Shown: positions 50,501 through 63,862 of the stretch, one piece after another | Layout: each line of letters opens with the position of its first letter | How positions within the stretch are numbered: position 1 is the first letter of the stretch | Source of the DNA: Takakia lepidozioides | Taxonomy: Eukaryota > Plantae > Bryophyta | Length of the DNA: 64,000 nucleotides | Direction of reading: 5' to 3' | Assembly (NCBI GenBank): GCA_030704615.1 | Contig: CM060731.1 | Coordinates: 81,902,001-81,966,000 of the forward strand | The notes under the pieces: model-generated | Told to the model about the DNA's origin: nothing | Database searches by the model: none | Seen by the model: the letters and a program-made list of their open reading frames with translations, nothing else | Position numbers and translations under genes: made by a program

Positions 50501-51679
50501 CAACCATACTGGTGTGGAGTTCTTCCCCAAAACACCCCAACCCTATTTATCACAATCTGAAATGCATCTGCTTCTCTTTGTAGTCCAACAGGCATTCGCC
50601 TTTTTGTTTCCATTGTCCCGCCATTGACTGGGGTCGGAAAGTGTTCACCCCAAAGCTTCTCCTCACCTCTATTATATGTTTTTGGATACTTCCCTGTTGC
50701 CACACTGGCAATAATTTGCCAAAGTCACTCCAAACCACCACAGATCTACCCAATTCCTGCAGATCACTGATGGAGGCCTCCATCTTCAGAAGTTTGGACG
50801 TGTTCCTCCTTTGGAACTTACAGAATTCAATACGCATCTTGCGGCCGAGTCTGATGAGAGGGCAACACAGGCTGAAATAGGTTGAAGAAGAAGGTTCCCT
50901 ACCACATTGTCCTTGACTTGTCCTGACCCATGGAGGATTTGACCGACCATCAACCTAAAAGGACCTCTTGTGTGTGCTGCTTGTGTCTGTAGTCAGGTAA
51001 TGTCGGATTGGTCTGTGAGATCGAACCACTACGGCGTAGCTGAGTAGTCAGAGATTGAAACACGCCTGCTAAGACCAAGCTGACTCTTCCAAGAACGGCG
51101 AGCTCGCTTCTCCTCGTCTCCTCTCCTCCTCCTCTTCTCCTTCGTGCATCATTTGCTCAACGCCTCCATCCCACGCCCCTGCATATCCTGCTATCATCAC
51201 GTTCCATCCCTCGGCTATGTGGTGTGGCGCAGAAGACAAAAAAAACGCCAAGTCCCAGACCTCCTTTCTGTTCACGATTACCCTAATGGACAACCTTATT
51301 AGCAACTTTTTAACTTTTTTAAACCTAATGGGCAACCTTATTTGCATTATATGTGCCTTCAAAATGACACGTGTAATGATGTAGTCGTATAAATAGAGCT
51401 GTGAAACCATCTTCAGTCATGGAGTCATAAGATTCCATGAAACGTCGTCCACGTGTAGTCAAACATATCACACTAGTCATATAAACCATCCCTGTCATCA
51501 TGGTCAACAATGTTTGACCAATGCTCCCTAACTTTCCGGAGTCATGTAGTGATATCCATTACTACAAAGTCATAAAACTATGACTGCAATGCATTTTAGC
51601 GCTCTGTAGTCATCTACCTAGTGTAGTTTTTATGACTCCGCCAAAGCCGTAGTCCTAAAAATGCTCATCTCTTGTAGTG
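47554..51679. mobile_element. Non-autonomous Pack-CACTA element nested in the chromodomain
   Basis: TIRs CACTACAACAGAT / ATCTCTTGTAGTG (12/13 match), 3-bp TSD TAT, tatgact/agtcata subterminal repeats, no transposase. Confidence 0.95.
49150..49363 (-). pseudogene. PPR fragment captured in the CACTA
   Basis: HGDIIKAGIVPDVILNTALVDMYAKCGCIKDAKGVFNTMAERDVVSWNAMLAGY. Confidence 0.9.
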
Positions 51680-51682
51680 TAT

Positions 51683-51812
51683 AAACGTCTTGAGTATTTC
51701 GTACATTGGAAAGACTACGACATCAGCGAACGAATGTGAGAACCTTCATCCAACCTCGCCAATGCCTCTGATAAAGTCCAAGAGTTTCATCAACGATATC
51801 CAGCTAAGCCCC
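51683..51812 (+). pseudogene. Second half of the integrase chromodomain
   Basis: KRLEYFVHWKDYDISERM*EPSSNLANASDKVQEFHQRYP continues EYEVDEVLDCRIKY in frame once the CACTA is removed. Confidence 0.92.
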
Positions 51813-52430
51813 GAGCTACACGTCAATAAGACGTCACAACGATGATGTCAGCCAAGTTAGCTTCAAGGAGAAGACTCCATATTCAATGTACCTGATACAC
51901 GCTTAGGGATGAGCACCACACATCAGTATATATAGCTACACTTCCAGCACTCTTGCATCTTTTGTATTGGCAGCATGGAGTCACAGGAACCAGATACATT
52001 GGAGTTGTCGCTTACCCAACTACCAGATCAACCGTTCCGACTCTCACGACATTCAACATCACGCCGACGCTCTCGAGACGTTGGGCCACCAATGCGACGC
52101 TTACTTCCTCGTCTGGACCCCGTACGACGGCAAGTGGAGCCTACTCGAAGTCTGATAATTCTGTTGGAGGTTGAGACTTCGGACCCAGAGAGCAACGAAA
52201 TCATGTTTGAAGGCAGCTTCGAAAATCATAATGCTCACATCACTGCGTGGTCCCAAGTTTAAGGTATTGGACACTATCGATGGTTGCAAGGACCTATAAA
52301 TTATTTGAGTCAAGAACGAAGAGCCGAATACTTGGCAAGTACCATTCGTCGGATTTTGGATTTTCTCCAACTCTAAGCAAGTCCAAGATTTTACCGCTCC
52401 TCGAGGAACTCGGCGCTAGAGGAGGGGTGA

Positions 52431-53077
52431 TGTCATGGACATAGCCCAGAGGAACTTATCAGGAGTAAATACCAGAAATTACCGAGTTACAATATTACCG
52501 AAAGTTACCATGACTTACCGTGATTCACCATGATTTATTATGATTTACCATGATTTACCATGATTTACCATTAGTTACCAAATTACCGAGAGTTTACCAA
52601 ATTACCAAGAGTAACTTGGGAAACTGCTCAGGAAGCTTCCTTTGTTTAAGGAAGCTTCTCATCAAGAAACTATAATATCCTCCTTTGTTTAAGGAAGCTT
52701 CTCCATCAAGAAACATTTGTTTAATCTTGTAAACTTCTCTATCAAGAAACCTCTATAGGGGAAGCTTCTTAGGGAAGCTTCTTAGTAGCCAGTATATATA
52801 GGAGGCGAGACTGGACACTCTTCAGTCTCGCCAACACAAGTTCAAGCTACACAAGTTCCCAGTCCCAGTACTCCAGTCCAGTTTCCAGTATCTGGTACCC
52901 CAATCCAGTATTCGAGTCCAGTTCCAGTATCTTGTACTCTTGTCCATTGTTTTAAAGATCATCTTGATTCATGTTTACCCACCATGCATTCGGCCACGCC
53001 AACCTTGACTTTTTGTCTAGTCTTGTACCTCTAGTCTGATCTCTTGTTTGTGTTCAATCATGTTCTCGTCCCTGACA
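52431..53077 (+). repeat. 3' LTR
   Basis: Follows the PPT; TG..CA; followed by the TSD. Confidence 0.95.
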
Positions 53078-53964
53078 GCTCAAGCATTACTACGATGAAG
53101 GGAGATTAGTGTTGTATATACAATTTGTGTGAGAAGCATGGCCTTTGGACTTCCCAAAAGATGAAGCCAAGCTTTTTGCCAAGCTTTACTCCAAGGTCTA
53201 CTTGACAACAAGTCCCTGATACAAGTAAGCTGCCAGACACTTCTTGGTCCGCAAAGCTGAACACCTCTGTCAAAGATGAGGAGTCCCCGAATTGTAAGAA
53301 GGAAAGATCTTGAAGATGCACTAGGGGTGGCCTAAGTAGAGAGTGAAGTATCCATTAGATTTGCCTGTCATGGCTTTGTGGCCATGGACTTGACAAGTTT
53401 GGTCGATAGAGCTCAAAAGCATGAAAAGGAGGAGGGGATGACCAGTAGGGGTGCCATTAGTCAATGGTCGAAGGTTTGTTCTGAGACTGAACCAATAAAG
53501 GTGTTGCTGACTTTTCAGATTTCCTTTGCAAGTATTGAGATAAGGACTTTATACCAATCTTATAGAGAAAGAAGGATTTTATTTGTCCTTCCAAGCCTTC
53601 CAAGGAAGTGCTGCTTTGTTTCCAGGTGGGCTTTCTGTTGCTAGCCCCACATGCATTTCTAGCTAACACTCACTGAGGAGGTATATTCCTAAGATGCCTT
53701 TCGAATATTCTTCAGCAAAACGAAAATTGAGAAACTAAAAATTTTGTGAAACTATTGAACTGCTCACATAGGCCCTCACAGCAACACTTAAGAAATAAGT
53801 AACCCCTATACATGATAAACATGTTACCCTATAGGTGTGGGATTTGCTCACGCTATGCTCACCTGATACTAGGCCCTTTCCATGATAGACTTGAGAAAAG
53901 GGCGCTGAGACTCCAAAAGACCCTAAAAGTTGTCATGTCCCATGGATAATTTATCGAGACGAAG

Positions 53965-54280
53965 CTCTCATTCCCCGAAACTACTACTTAATTTTAATTT
54001 CTCAATGCGAAATTAAAACTCTCACCCCCGAAACAACCATTTAATTTTCATTTCTCAATGCGAAATTAAAACTCTCACCCCCAAAACAACCACTTAATTT
54101 TCATTTCTCAATGTGAAATAAAACTCTCACTCTCAAAACTACCACTTAATTTTAATTCTCAATGCGAGATTAAGACTCTCACTCCTGAGACTACCACTTA
54201 ATTTTAATTTCTCAATGCGAAATTAAAACTCTCACTCCCGAAACTACCACTTAATTTTAATTTTTCAATGCGAAATTGAA
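53965..54280. repeat. ~59-bp tandem repeat, about 5 copies
   Basis: ctctcac..ccgaaactaccacttaattttaatttctcaatgcgaaattaaaa reiterated. Confidence 0.92.
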
Positions 54281-54542
54281 AGCTAGATCAGATAGTTTAT
54301 GATTTTGGTGCAACTGCACCCTATAAATGCACCATGCCTCAAAACATTAACTCCTATGACCACGGTTTAAAAACATACAATCCCCATGACCGTGGGTTGT
54401 GCTAACGCTGTGCTCACGTGAGTGCGCTCACACAATACCAACCCCGTCACTCAGTGGACTATGTGTGGGTTGGAGTGGAATGTGCAGTGTACGGACACCT
54501 CTTTCAATGCAGCATTTCCCTTGCTTTCTTTGCTTTCCCTTG

Positions 54543-54695
54543 CACGTGAGCAGGTAGCCCAGTGGTTGGGTGTTTGTGCCTTGCCTGTGCATAACCTAGG
54601 TGATCCTGGGTTCAATCCTTCAACATGTGCCTTCAGACCGTCCATTGGGCCCTCGATGGCCTGTGTGTTGTTTATCTTATCTTTATCTTATCTTT
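54543..54695 (+). mobile_element. tRNA-derived SINE, second copy
   Basis: Nearly identical to 26547-26672; A box 54555-54565, B box 54609-54618, TTTATC-type tail. Confidence 0.8.
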
Positions 54696-55899
54696 TTCAT
54701 AATTTAATGGTCTTCCATGTCTATTTTTTCTCCTACATTTATGGTATGTTTTCAGCACATATAGCTAATAAAGTCGCGGCCCTTTGCCTTGAGGGCAGGG
54801 GGGTCGAGACGCAGAGGGGCTGCCCCTGTGGTGGGGGCGGTGGCAGCAATAGGTACGGGGGGCTGCAGCACCCGTGAGTGCCCAAGGCACTCAAGGAGGC
54901 GGAGGCGCTCACTAGGAGCCCCGCACACCGGGTTGCGGTGGGTGGCTCCACAAGGGGTGGTGGTAGCTTAGTGGGACTTAGTGGGGGTGGCATAGGACTC
55001 ACCATGGGGCGGAGACTTTGTGGTGGGAGTCGTAGGGAGTCTTGGGACTCACCACGGTCCAATGGGGCCGTGGTGGGTGGGCCAAGACTCACCGCGACTC
55101 ATCACGGGAATCAAGGGTCTTCGTGGTGGTTCGCCATAAAATGGCATGGTTGTTTGTGAAACCCCCGCGGACAGTCACAAAAGTATATATAGGGAGTAGT
55201 AACCCCGAGAACGGTGCAAGTCCGTTGGTGACCAAAAACTAGTGAGTAAGCGAGCGAGCCGGAAAACGACCAAGAAGTGGGGAGCTATTCCGGACTGCCA
55301 TCTACCAAAGGGAATTTCCACTAGGCCAAAATTGGTGGATGGTCTGTTGGGGGAGAAAAGGGGGACCGTTATGTCCCGGTGAGCAGACGAAGCTTCGAGT
55401 TGGCCCGGCGGCCAGGTTGGGAGTTAGGCGCGCGCATCAAAGCGAATAACTATGACTTGAAGGGGAGCTTACCGAAGTGAGGTGCGCGACAAATATACTA
55501 GCTAATATGACTTGCATAATTCCAATTTCACCCTCAGGTCACTGATGAGAACCTTAGAAGATGCCTCTTTGGGCTCTTATGTGCATCCAATCTTTCTTCT
55601 AAGATGTTCAGTACTATAAGCATGACAGTCGCTCTCTTGGGATATCAGTTTGTTTGGCTAGCAGTTCGCCAAGTCTGGTGTGCGGCAAGTCTGTTTGAGG
55701 TGGGTCTGTTGGGCCGTCATTTCCAGCACGTCAAAGTCTGTTGGTCGACGCTGCCCGACAGCCGGTTGTAGCGGCAGTCTGTTGGGAAGTGGGCACCTGG
55801 CAGTCTGCTGGACAGTGGGTCTGTCGGACCTATTAAATATGTGGATGGCGCATGCAGCCCCAATGATGCACAATGTTCTGCATGTCCGCTGGACACTCC

Positions 55900-58800
55900 G
55901 TCCGCTGAACAATCTGCTAGATAATGGGTCTGCTGTCCGTCTTAAATGCATGACGGCGCTGCCGGTGCCAACGATGACGCGCCACGGTCTCCTTTGTGCA
56001 CCAGACGAGGTTAAAAGAAGTTGCGAAGGTATTGGTACTCATCAAAGGAGTATGAACACAAAATAGTGGAAGCATGTGTAGACCTCTGCGTTTCCAAGGA
56101 ACAAAACCCACAATGGACCAAGGATAGGCTGAGGTGTCCGTTTTGCAAGGTGGACATAAAAGACAAGATCCAGCTCAACCGCCATTGCGTTGATACGGGG
56201 TTGCAAGGCTGGTATTCCGCCCAACTTCAAGCCTTGGCCCATACCAGCATCTCAGAAGGAGCCGTATGAGGCTGCTTGAGATGCCGCGGCAAAAACTCAG
56301 TCCCCCGAAGTTTGGACGAAGTCAGGCAACGGTACTGGAGAGCTGCTGGAATTGTGGAACAGTAGGTTGTGGACGAAGACCACTTTCAGGAAATGCCTGT
56401 GGGTCCCAAGAAATGCAAACTGAGTGATGGGGCGGCAAAAAAGGCTTCCGCCAGAGTAGCAAAGTCTGCTCGCGATGCAAGCGCGGCTTTAGCGCAAGCC
56501 GGCAAGCAACAGCCGCCGCAGACCAGGAATACCCGACAAACGCAAACACTCAGTTTTTCAAGCGAGTCTGCCGAAAATGAGTCCAGTCAGTCTGCCCAGT
56601 CTTTGGAAGGACACGGTCCACCTTCAACAGACAACTACATAAACTTGTCCGACAGGGTGGACATGCAGATAGACTGAAGCAAGGTGATCACCTCCCTTCG
56701 CCAGACCGCTCAGCAGACCTAGCAGACTGGAGTCAACTCCCAACAGACCGAGTACAATGGCGCTGAGAAGACCCCTGAGAAGATTGACGGCCCTCTCTGT
56801 CCGGGCACTCTGCTCTTACTTCCGTTTGGGGTTTTCCCAGTGTTGTGCCCACCACCGGACGATCTAGAGTTCTTCCCGTTCTTCTGCAGATTTATGCAGA
56901 CCAGACGGATGGCGGCGACCGTCCACCAAGCGCAAGAAAATTGGCTGAAGTGCATTGCAGATGAGAATGCGGGCAAAACAGACCACTAGGTACTACTCTC
57001 TTGTATCCCTCCAACAAGCGTAAACTAGTCTGCTGGTCTATTATTGTCTGCTTGGACTTCAGGTCTGCTGGTTTGTTTGCTGAGTCTGTTGGTCTGCTGC
57101 TTTGTGGGGTAAGCCTGCTTGGTCTGCTCATCTTCTGGTCTGCTTATCTCAGTACTCTGGTAAACCCTCAACCCTCAGGTCTGCTCGTTTCGTTTGGCGG
57201 TCCACTCAGTCTAACGGTCTAGTCTGCTGCTCCAGTCTGCTCGTCCTCTATGCTGGTCTTTTGTACTAGTTTACTTTGCTGTTCACTTTGTTGGCCTTCA
57301 CTTATGTACTTTGCTGGAGAGCAGGCTCATGTTGTTCGAGAGCGTGTTTGGACAGCCATTGCGGCTTGGAGAACGCACACCAAAGACCCTCCTTTGCAAG
57401 TGAATGCGGTGTGGATAGAAGTGGACCGGGTTCGGGAATACATTTTGTGGAAGTATCCTGTGTCTGCCATTGCCATAGAGGCATTGTATACTGAGGCATT
57501 TCTAGGCATCCCTCATACTATCACCAGCCCTGAGTCTGTGCCAATCGGCACGTTTCAGCAGACTGATCAGCAGACTAGCTAGCAGTCTAATCAGCAGACT
57601 ATTCAGCACACTATCCAGAACAATGCTGAGGACATTGTGGAGGACATTGCCAATGTGTCTGCCCACGAGACTACGTCGCAGACTGCACACAAGTCCGTCC
57701 AACAGACTGCCCTCGTCCCCTCCAGCACAGGCATTTTTGGGGTTTGGAAACTGCCATTGCCGCTTGGTAATCCCACGGATGCAGATCTTACACTTCCCCG
57801 GTTTAGGGTAGGTGGATCAAGTGCCCACCTTGAATGGTATAGTGACCTTCACCACATTGTGACAGACCGGCGTTGGCCCTTTGTCCCTTTTTACTATTCC
57901 ATGGAGTACACGATCGAGGAAGCCAACCAGGTTCTGCAAAATGCAAGCATGCTTGCAGTTGATGTGCTCAGTGACCGAAGCAAACTGCCGCTGTTTGTTT
58001 AGCTAATTCTCATGGTTGACCCACGCCCGGACGAAGCTTTGGCATATGGCTATGGCACACCCAGCCTTTGGTGTGCGCGTAAAGCACTTGTCAGCACTGA
58101 CAGCAGAGCAATTGGACCGCATGACATCATCCTTCCTTCGGCATCGATGGATGCAATTTGGTAATTTCACCTCGTACAGGAAATTGAGAAAGGACTTGCA
58201 TAGCCTTCGCATGGATCTACTACATGGAGAACCGCAGGCAAGGAAGGCGGTTTTGGATGACGCTTTGGTATGGTTGTCAGTTGTCCAGGAGCGAGCTGTA
58301 ATTGACATTGTCTTGCACAAACCAGATGTCTTCAGAGTCCTCTGGTCTAGAACTCGGTATGAAGATCGCATATCCGCCATTGGCTAGCTTGATTCCGCAT
58401 TGCTGGCTCGCCAAATTGAAGATATTGGGCTCATCGGAAATCGCCTTGAAGGTATGCACTGTTCTCCGTCATTTACAAGTCCTAAAATTTCCCATGGATC
58501 AATGTCAAGTACTAAACCTGTGGTATGTTTCAGGGCGGGGCGATTTCAAAGAAGAAGCCGTGAACAAGGCATTCGACTCGCTTGCCAGAGCTGCAAGAGA
58601 CGTTCTCCTCGCAGTACAGGGCCATCCTAATTCCGATGGCACTGTCCAAAAGACTACCAAGGTTCATGTCCAGCAGACTGGCGAGGAGTGTGCTCAGCAA
58701 CACATGGTCTCGCAGGCAGCCCAGGAGACTGGAAATACCAGAGCGTTCGGGTCCCAGGAGCAGACTCAGCACACTCAACAGACTCCTACTCATCGGAACC

Positions 58801-59640
58801 TTTTCCCATCCAAATGACAATGACTGTTTCTTCCGGGAGACTGGAAGGTCTGGACAGACTCGACAGACTGGGCAGACCGAGCAAATTGGGTAGACTGCCC
58901 AGCCGACCGGGCAGCAGTATGGAGAACAACCTCACCGTGCTGGACTGGAAGACCTGCCGACAGCAGGTGTCTAGCACTCTTTCATGAGACCACAGTGGAA
59001 TTTTCAACGTCATGACCTGCACTGGACTGGTGCGGCGGACCATTCACCCCAATTTAAGCTCGGAAATTTTGGAGAACCAATTTTTTTTGCGTCTACAAAC
59101 GATGTAGCCAAGACATTGGTAAACCCCTCTTATCCGTCGCCCCATGGCCTACGTCCTATTTCCATTGAGCTTAGTCCGGTTCTAGTTGGTTCACTGGCAA
59201 AAGCCATCGATGATCTTGACGTGATCGGACCAATGTCCGGCCCAGTACCCCGCATAATAAACCGTACTACAGAATCCGATGTGGAATCCCCCTCTGTGAA
59301 GCCATTGTCAGCTATGGACGAAGACCCTCACAACAAGCTTGACGGCGAAGTTGATAGACTCATCGTCGGCCTGGAAGACCACGCTGATAGGACTTCCCAA
59401 GAGGCTGAACTCTAAAAGACTTCCCAGGAGACTGCCCAAGGGGACTGCACAGGGGACTCCACTGATTGTCCATGAGACTGTTCAACAGACTGCCCAGGTG
59501 ACTGATTTGGAGAGAGTCCAGCAGACTGCTCAAGAGAGAGACTTGGAAGGAGTCCAACAGACTGTCCAACAAACTGACTCTGACGTGCAACTTGTCTGCC
59601 AGGAGCCTCCTCAAGACGCTGCCCAGGAGAAATAAGCCTA
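55900..59640 (+). pseudogene. Degraded ORF cluster rich in CAGAC/GTCTG motifs, probably TE-internal
   Basis: Zn-finger-like CPFCKVDIKDKIQLNRHC; colinear broken ORFs; QQT repeats; no family recognised. Confidence 0.3.
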
Positions 59641-59854
59641 CAATTGTGGCATCCATTCTGCAACATTGTGCAATTAGAATTGTAAGTTTCACTATTACAA
59701 TTACAAAGACGACAAAATAACCTCACAACGTGAGTGCCATAGAGGCTGCCACGGGAAGACCATGAAAAACCATCTTGACGTCCAAAAGGTGCCATGATGC
59801 TTGAGTTCTAAGAACTTGCCACACAGAGCACACGCCAAATGCCAAAACAGAACA

Positions 59855-60560
59855 GAAGTGATGATCGACGACCTCTACCAAAATGCCAAACCAGAGCAAT
59901 TTGTTTTTTGAAAAAATAAGAAAAAAAAAAACACAAAAATAGAATAGAAATGATGATCGGCACCGATCATCACTTCTACTCTGTTTTTTCTTTTTCTTTT
60001 TCTTTTTTTTCCCGTATTTCTCCAAAAACACAGAAAAAAAAAAAAAAAAAAAAAAAAAAAACAGAAGTGATGATCGGTGCCGATCATCAGAAGAAAAAAA
60101 AGAAAAAAAAGAGCAGAAGTGATGATCGGTGCCGATCATCACTTACAATGCTTCAAGATTTTGCAGAGTATTTTTTATTTCGGCCAGAAATGTGGTTCAC
60201 ATTGTTTTGCTTTCGTGTTTGAGTCTTGCATCTTTCCCCCCTTGCGAAGTTAATTGTCCATCAAAACATGATCTTAGGGCTGGAAAGAAGTGATGATCGG
60301 CACCGATCATCACTCAAACTGCTGTGTGCGGATGCAGAGAAATCTTCATTTCTCCCAAAAATATGAATTGCATCGTTTTGCTTTCGTGTTTCAGTCCTAC
60401 CTTTCTCCGATTGAAACTGAAATCTTCAAGAAAATGTGATGATCGGCGACGATCATCACATTTAGACCTTTTTCAGGGTGGTACTTGTGAGGTAGTAGAA
60501 TTCCCATCAGCAGTCACTCTCTGTAGAGAATGTGATGATCGCCGCCGATCATTACATTCT
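59855..60560. repeat. Array of ~28-bp palindromes (TGATGATCG-n3..5-CGATCATCA)
   Basis: About six full copies (~59948, 60064, 60116, 60288, 60434, 60528) plus a half copy at ~59857; the first few are separated by A/T tracts. Confidence 0.9.
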
Positions 60561-61945
60561 CATGTTTTGTGAATTGACATGTTGGGAATTGCATTGGGTT
60601 TGCGAGTTCGCAGGTACACAAAATATGTGCTCATGGAGAGGAAACATTTGAGCGGTGTTCCTGATTATCTCGACATGTGGTCGGATCTTGACATGTGTCC
60701 GGATCTCCACATGTGGTCGGATCTTCGCTTGGGATCACAAACTGATTCCGTATTCGACAGCCCTCTGCCCAGTTTTTGCTTCCTGTGTATGCAGAAGAAA
60801 TGGCACTTCTTCGCATATCCGAGGCTCCATCACCTGATCCCAGAATGTCTGCACGCGGGAGTAGACATCCCAGATCTGAAGTTATGAATGTTTTGGACTT
60901 GGATGCGGATGATGCGGGATATGTTATGATGAGTCCGAGTCAGATTGATCTTCAAAGTTTCTATGTACTCTTTCTTCATCCTCATAAAAGTATTTTGACT
61001 TGTTGCGACTGTTCATTTGTCCCAAGTACGAACGGAATGACTAATTACAAAACACACATTCATGGGTTGACATGGCCCCACATGATATTGAAAGACATGA
61101 AATCCAACAAAGTTCGAAATTGCTTTCAGGGAAAAACTATATCAATCCATCGCAGTGTTCGTACTTATTCCCCTTACATTCATCCATCCTGCATTCATGA
61201 ATCCTTCGCATTGTTTGCACTCATCCATGTTATATTCATCCATCCTGCATTCATCCATCATATATTCATCCAATCGATCGACACGATGTTAAAGATGTAG
61301 TCTGCAATGACTGGAAATGATAAATCATTCCGCGAAAATAGGCATCTACCTTTTGTCCGCGGTTATAAATTCGTGCTTTTGGAAATGACGTCGTCAACCA
61401 CGCTGGCGAGGACTGCTAACGTGTTGTGACACCCGTGAACCAACGTGGTGACAATTGCTGACGTGGCGTGAGCCTGACTGCGCTCACGTGCTCACGCGGC
61501 CAGGCTCACACGGAGGCATTCCCCCACCTGCGGCAGCAGCGGGCGCGGCTGGGCGACTGTGCACAACGGCGGGCGGGGGTCCGGGTTGGGGAAGCCAGGT
61601 GTCCGTGCGCGGGGCCCACCGGTCAGCTCGCAAGTGCGCCATAACGTCCCAATTATTGTGAAATGAGAGGCCTTTCCGTACTCTATGAATGATTATCTCA
61701 ATATAAACCTCGGTCCAAAGAAGATGCTTGTGTAGGTGGAATACTCTGGTTATGTTGATTGCGATAAGAATAAGTATTACTGGATATGCATTTGACAAGA
61801 CCAGTATATACATACCACTTCAATTGGAATACACTAGGATTGAGAACTAGTCTACCACCTGGATCTCCCATACATGCATTCTTGCATTGGTCATGGCTTG
61901 ATTTGTTACTGTTTGGCGAGGCTTCTCGTACGTGGCGGCCTATAA

Positions 61946-62095
61946 TTCTAGCAACCACTTAAGGTTTTAGCAGGAATAGGATGCCATAGTGCCACATCAT
62001 CGTTGTTAACCACGTCATCGTCATTATGCCATGTCATCATCGCGTTCAAGCCATGTCATCGTCGTCATCCACGTCATCGTCGTCGTCTTTTTTTA
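61946..62095 (+). mobile_element. Third, diverged 5' terminus of the Helitron/Helentron-like family
   Basis: aaTTCTAGC..agcaggaataggatgccatagtgccacatcatc plus (gtcatcgt)n, as at 12698 and 20065. Confidence 0.7.
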
Positions 62096-62826
62096 AAGCT
62101 GCCCATATCGCCCAAAGCGAAAACCACAAAAATTAAAAACTTCCTGAACGGGCGTACCTGCCGGCGCGTGTGTTTCTGTTGTAAAGGAAACTCGAAAGTT
62201 GACAAGCGTGCCGAAACTCTTGTGACCATTATATACAGATCTTGTGGGAGCTCGTGTCAAGCAGAAATTGCTGTGTACCAATTGCAATACATACCAGACA
62301 GGTATTCGCGAGAAGAGAAGATCAACAACTTCACCGTCAAGGAGGCTCTCATCAGACCAAGAGAGACGGAACCGGGCAGCACGTTTCCCAGTTTTCCTAA
62401 AGTAACAGTCCTCGACAATCACAAATTCCGAGACTTCCAAAAAACCGAGTACATCAACCTCAGCTGTCACGAGTTGTGCAGCAAAGAGTAGATTTTCTGA
62501 GTATTTCTTTTTAGGAGCAAAAACAATTGGCAGCTACCAGCTCATGATCCGTGCAAACCTCAATTCCAGCCTGCACAGAATGGCTAAAAGAGAAACTTCT
62601 CACATTGAAAGAATGTGTAATAAATGGATCACTGCTAGACTATCTAAGTAAGAACTAAGTAAGAATTGTTGAATCGGACGCTTACAATGGCAATAGCGTC
62701 GATAATATTGTACACAGAAGATGTTTCTTCGAGTATGTCTCCTCAAAACTTGTATGATTCTGCAGTCGATGGACTGCAAACCTAGGCTAGTGGAGGTCGA
62801 TCAAGATGGATGCATCATCAAGCGTC

Positions 62827-63862
62827 CTACACCGGGAAGGCTTTCGCCATGGCGTAGATTTTGGACACAGACATGTCTCGAATCCACCCAGCATCCAAAA
62901 CCTCTTTCTCCTTCTTCCCGTTTTCGTTCTTTCCACTCAGAGTTACATTCTTTGCACAAAGTGCGATCTTCGGCAGCGGTGCACTACGATAGTGCAACAT
63001 GTGCGCCTCATCTCCCAAGAGGTTCAGCCCCGTCTTTGGTATGAGCGCCCAATGAACTCCACCTGCAAATGTCTGCATAAGAACATCGATCGAAAGGCAG
63101 CAAAAGGTAAGGATCTCTGTGGTCATCGAAATCCTAACTGAGCTCTGCATGTGTTGGAACTTGGATGGGATGTGATGATCTCACCACTCGAGGATTGACG
63201 ACGTATTTGCGTCTACCGAGTGGACCTATACAAAGCCACGGATTCGCCGTCGGGAGCTTCTCTCTACATTCAGGTGCAGGACGACGCCACAGCATGCGCT
63301 CCACCGCCGCTTCCGTGTTCCCTTTTGGAGCATTCCGGCAATCGTGCGTGTTGGCGTAAATGCTCCCGAAGCTGATCCACGGCTCGTCCTTATGCCGGCT
63401 TATGAACTTCGTCAGAGTGTCCGGAGCAGGAATCTAACCCAAAAAACCCCCAAAGTCAAAATCGCATTCCAAAACTCACACACCCCTGAAACATTCACAC
63501 TCTCAAATGAGAAGCTGCATCCCCACCTGCAAAAACTCGTCGTAATCAAAGAAGAAGACGCGCTCGGCCATGAAGCGAGACCGGTGCAGGCAGTCGTTGA
63601 TGAGGAGCACTTGATGGTAGTACCAAGTCGGGTAATCCGCTGCCAAGTTGGGATCCAGAATGTCGGTGATGCTCAACAGACCTGCATCCAAAAACCGCTG
63701 GAACGTCGACTTGTCCTCCTCCGCCAACCCTCCCATGTTATAGAAGAAGAAATGCCCCTTGCCCTCTGCGAGATAGTGATGGTATGTCATCCATTGCAGA
63801 ATCCAGTCCGCGCGCACCGTCCCGTGCATGGGCGCGCCACAAAACGCATACTTAAACGGAAG
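62827..63862 (-). CDS. GT92/DUF23 glycosyltransferase (galactan synthase GALS-like), last three exons: 63527-63862, 63185-63433, 62827-63072
   Basis: FCGAPMHG..WMTYH, HQVLLINDCLHRSRF..FFFDYDEF (DxD), GRRKYVVNPR, AGGVH..HY. GT-AG phase-0 introns and open frames; 5' exons lie outside the window. Confidence 0.88.

Larger units (their letters stand above)
43474..53077 (+). mobile_element. Chromoviral Ty3/gypsy LTR retrotransposon (Tcn1/Tf1-like), defective
   Basis: LTRs 43474-44113 and 52431-53077 (TGTCA..TGACA), TSD GCTCA (43469-43473 and 53078-53082), PPT AGAGGAGGGGTGA 52418-52430, gag-RT-RH-INT-chromodomain order. Confidence 0.97.

Noticed and set aside
59855-60560. CRISPR array
   Set aside because: Spacing is irregular, several spacers are low-complexity A/T tracts, no cas genes are present, and the context is plant nuclear DNA.
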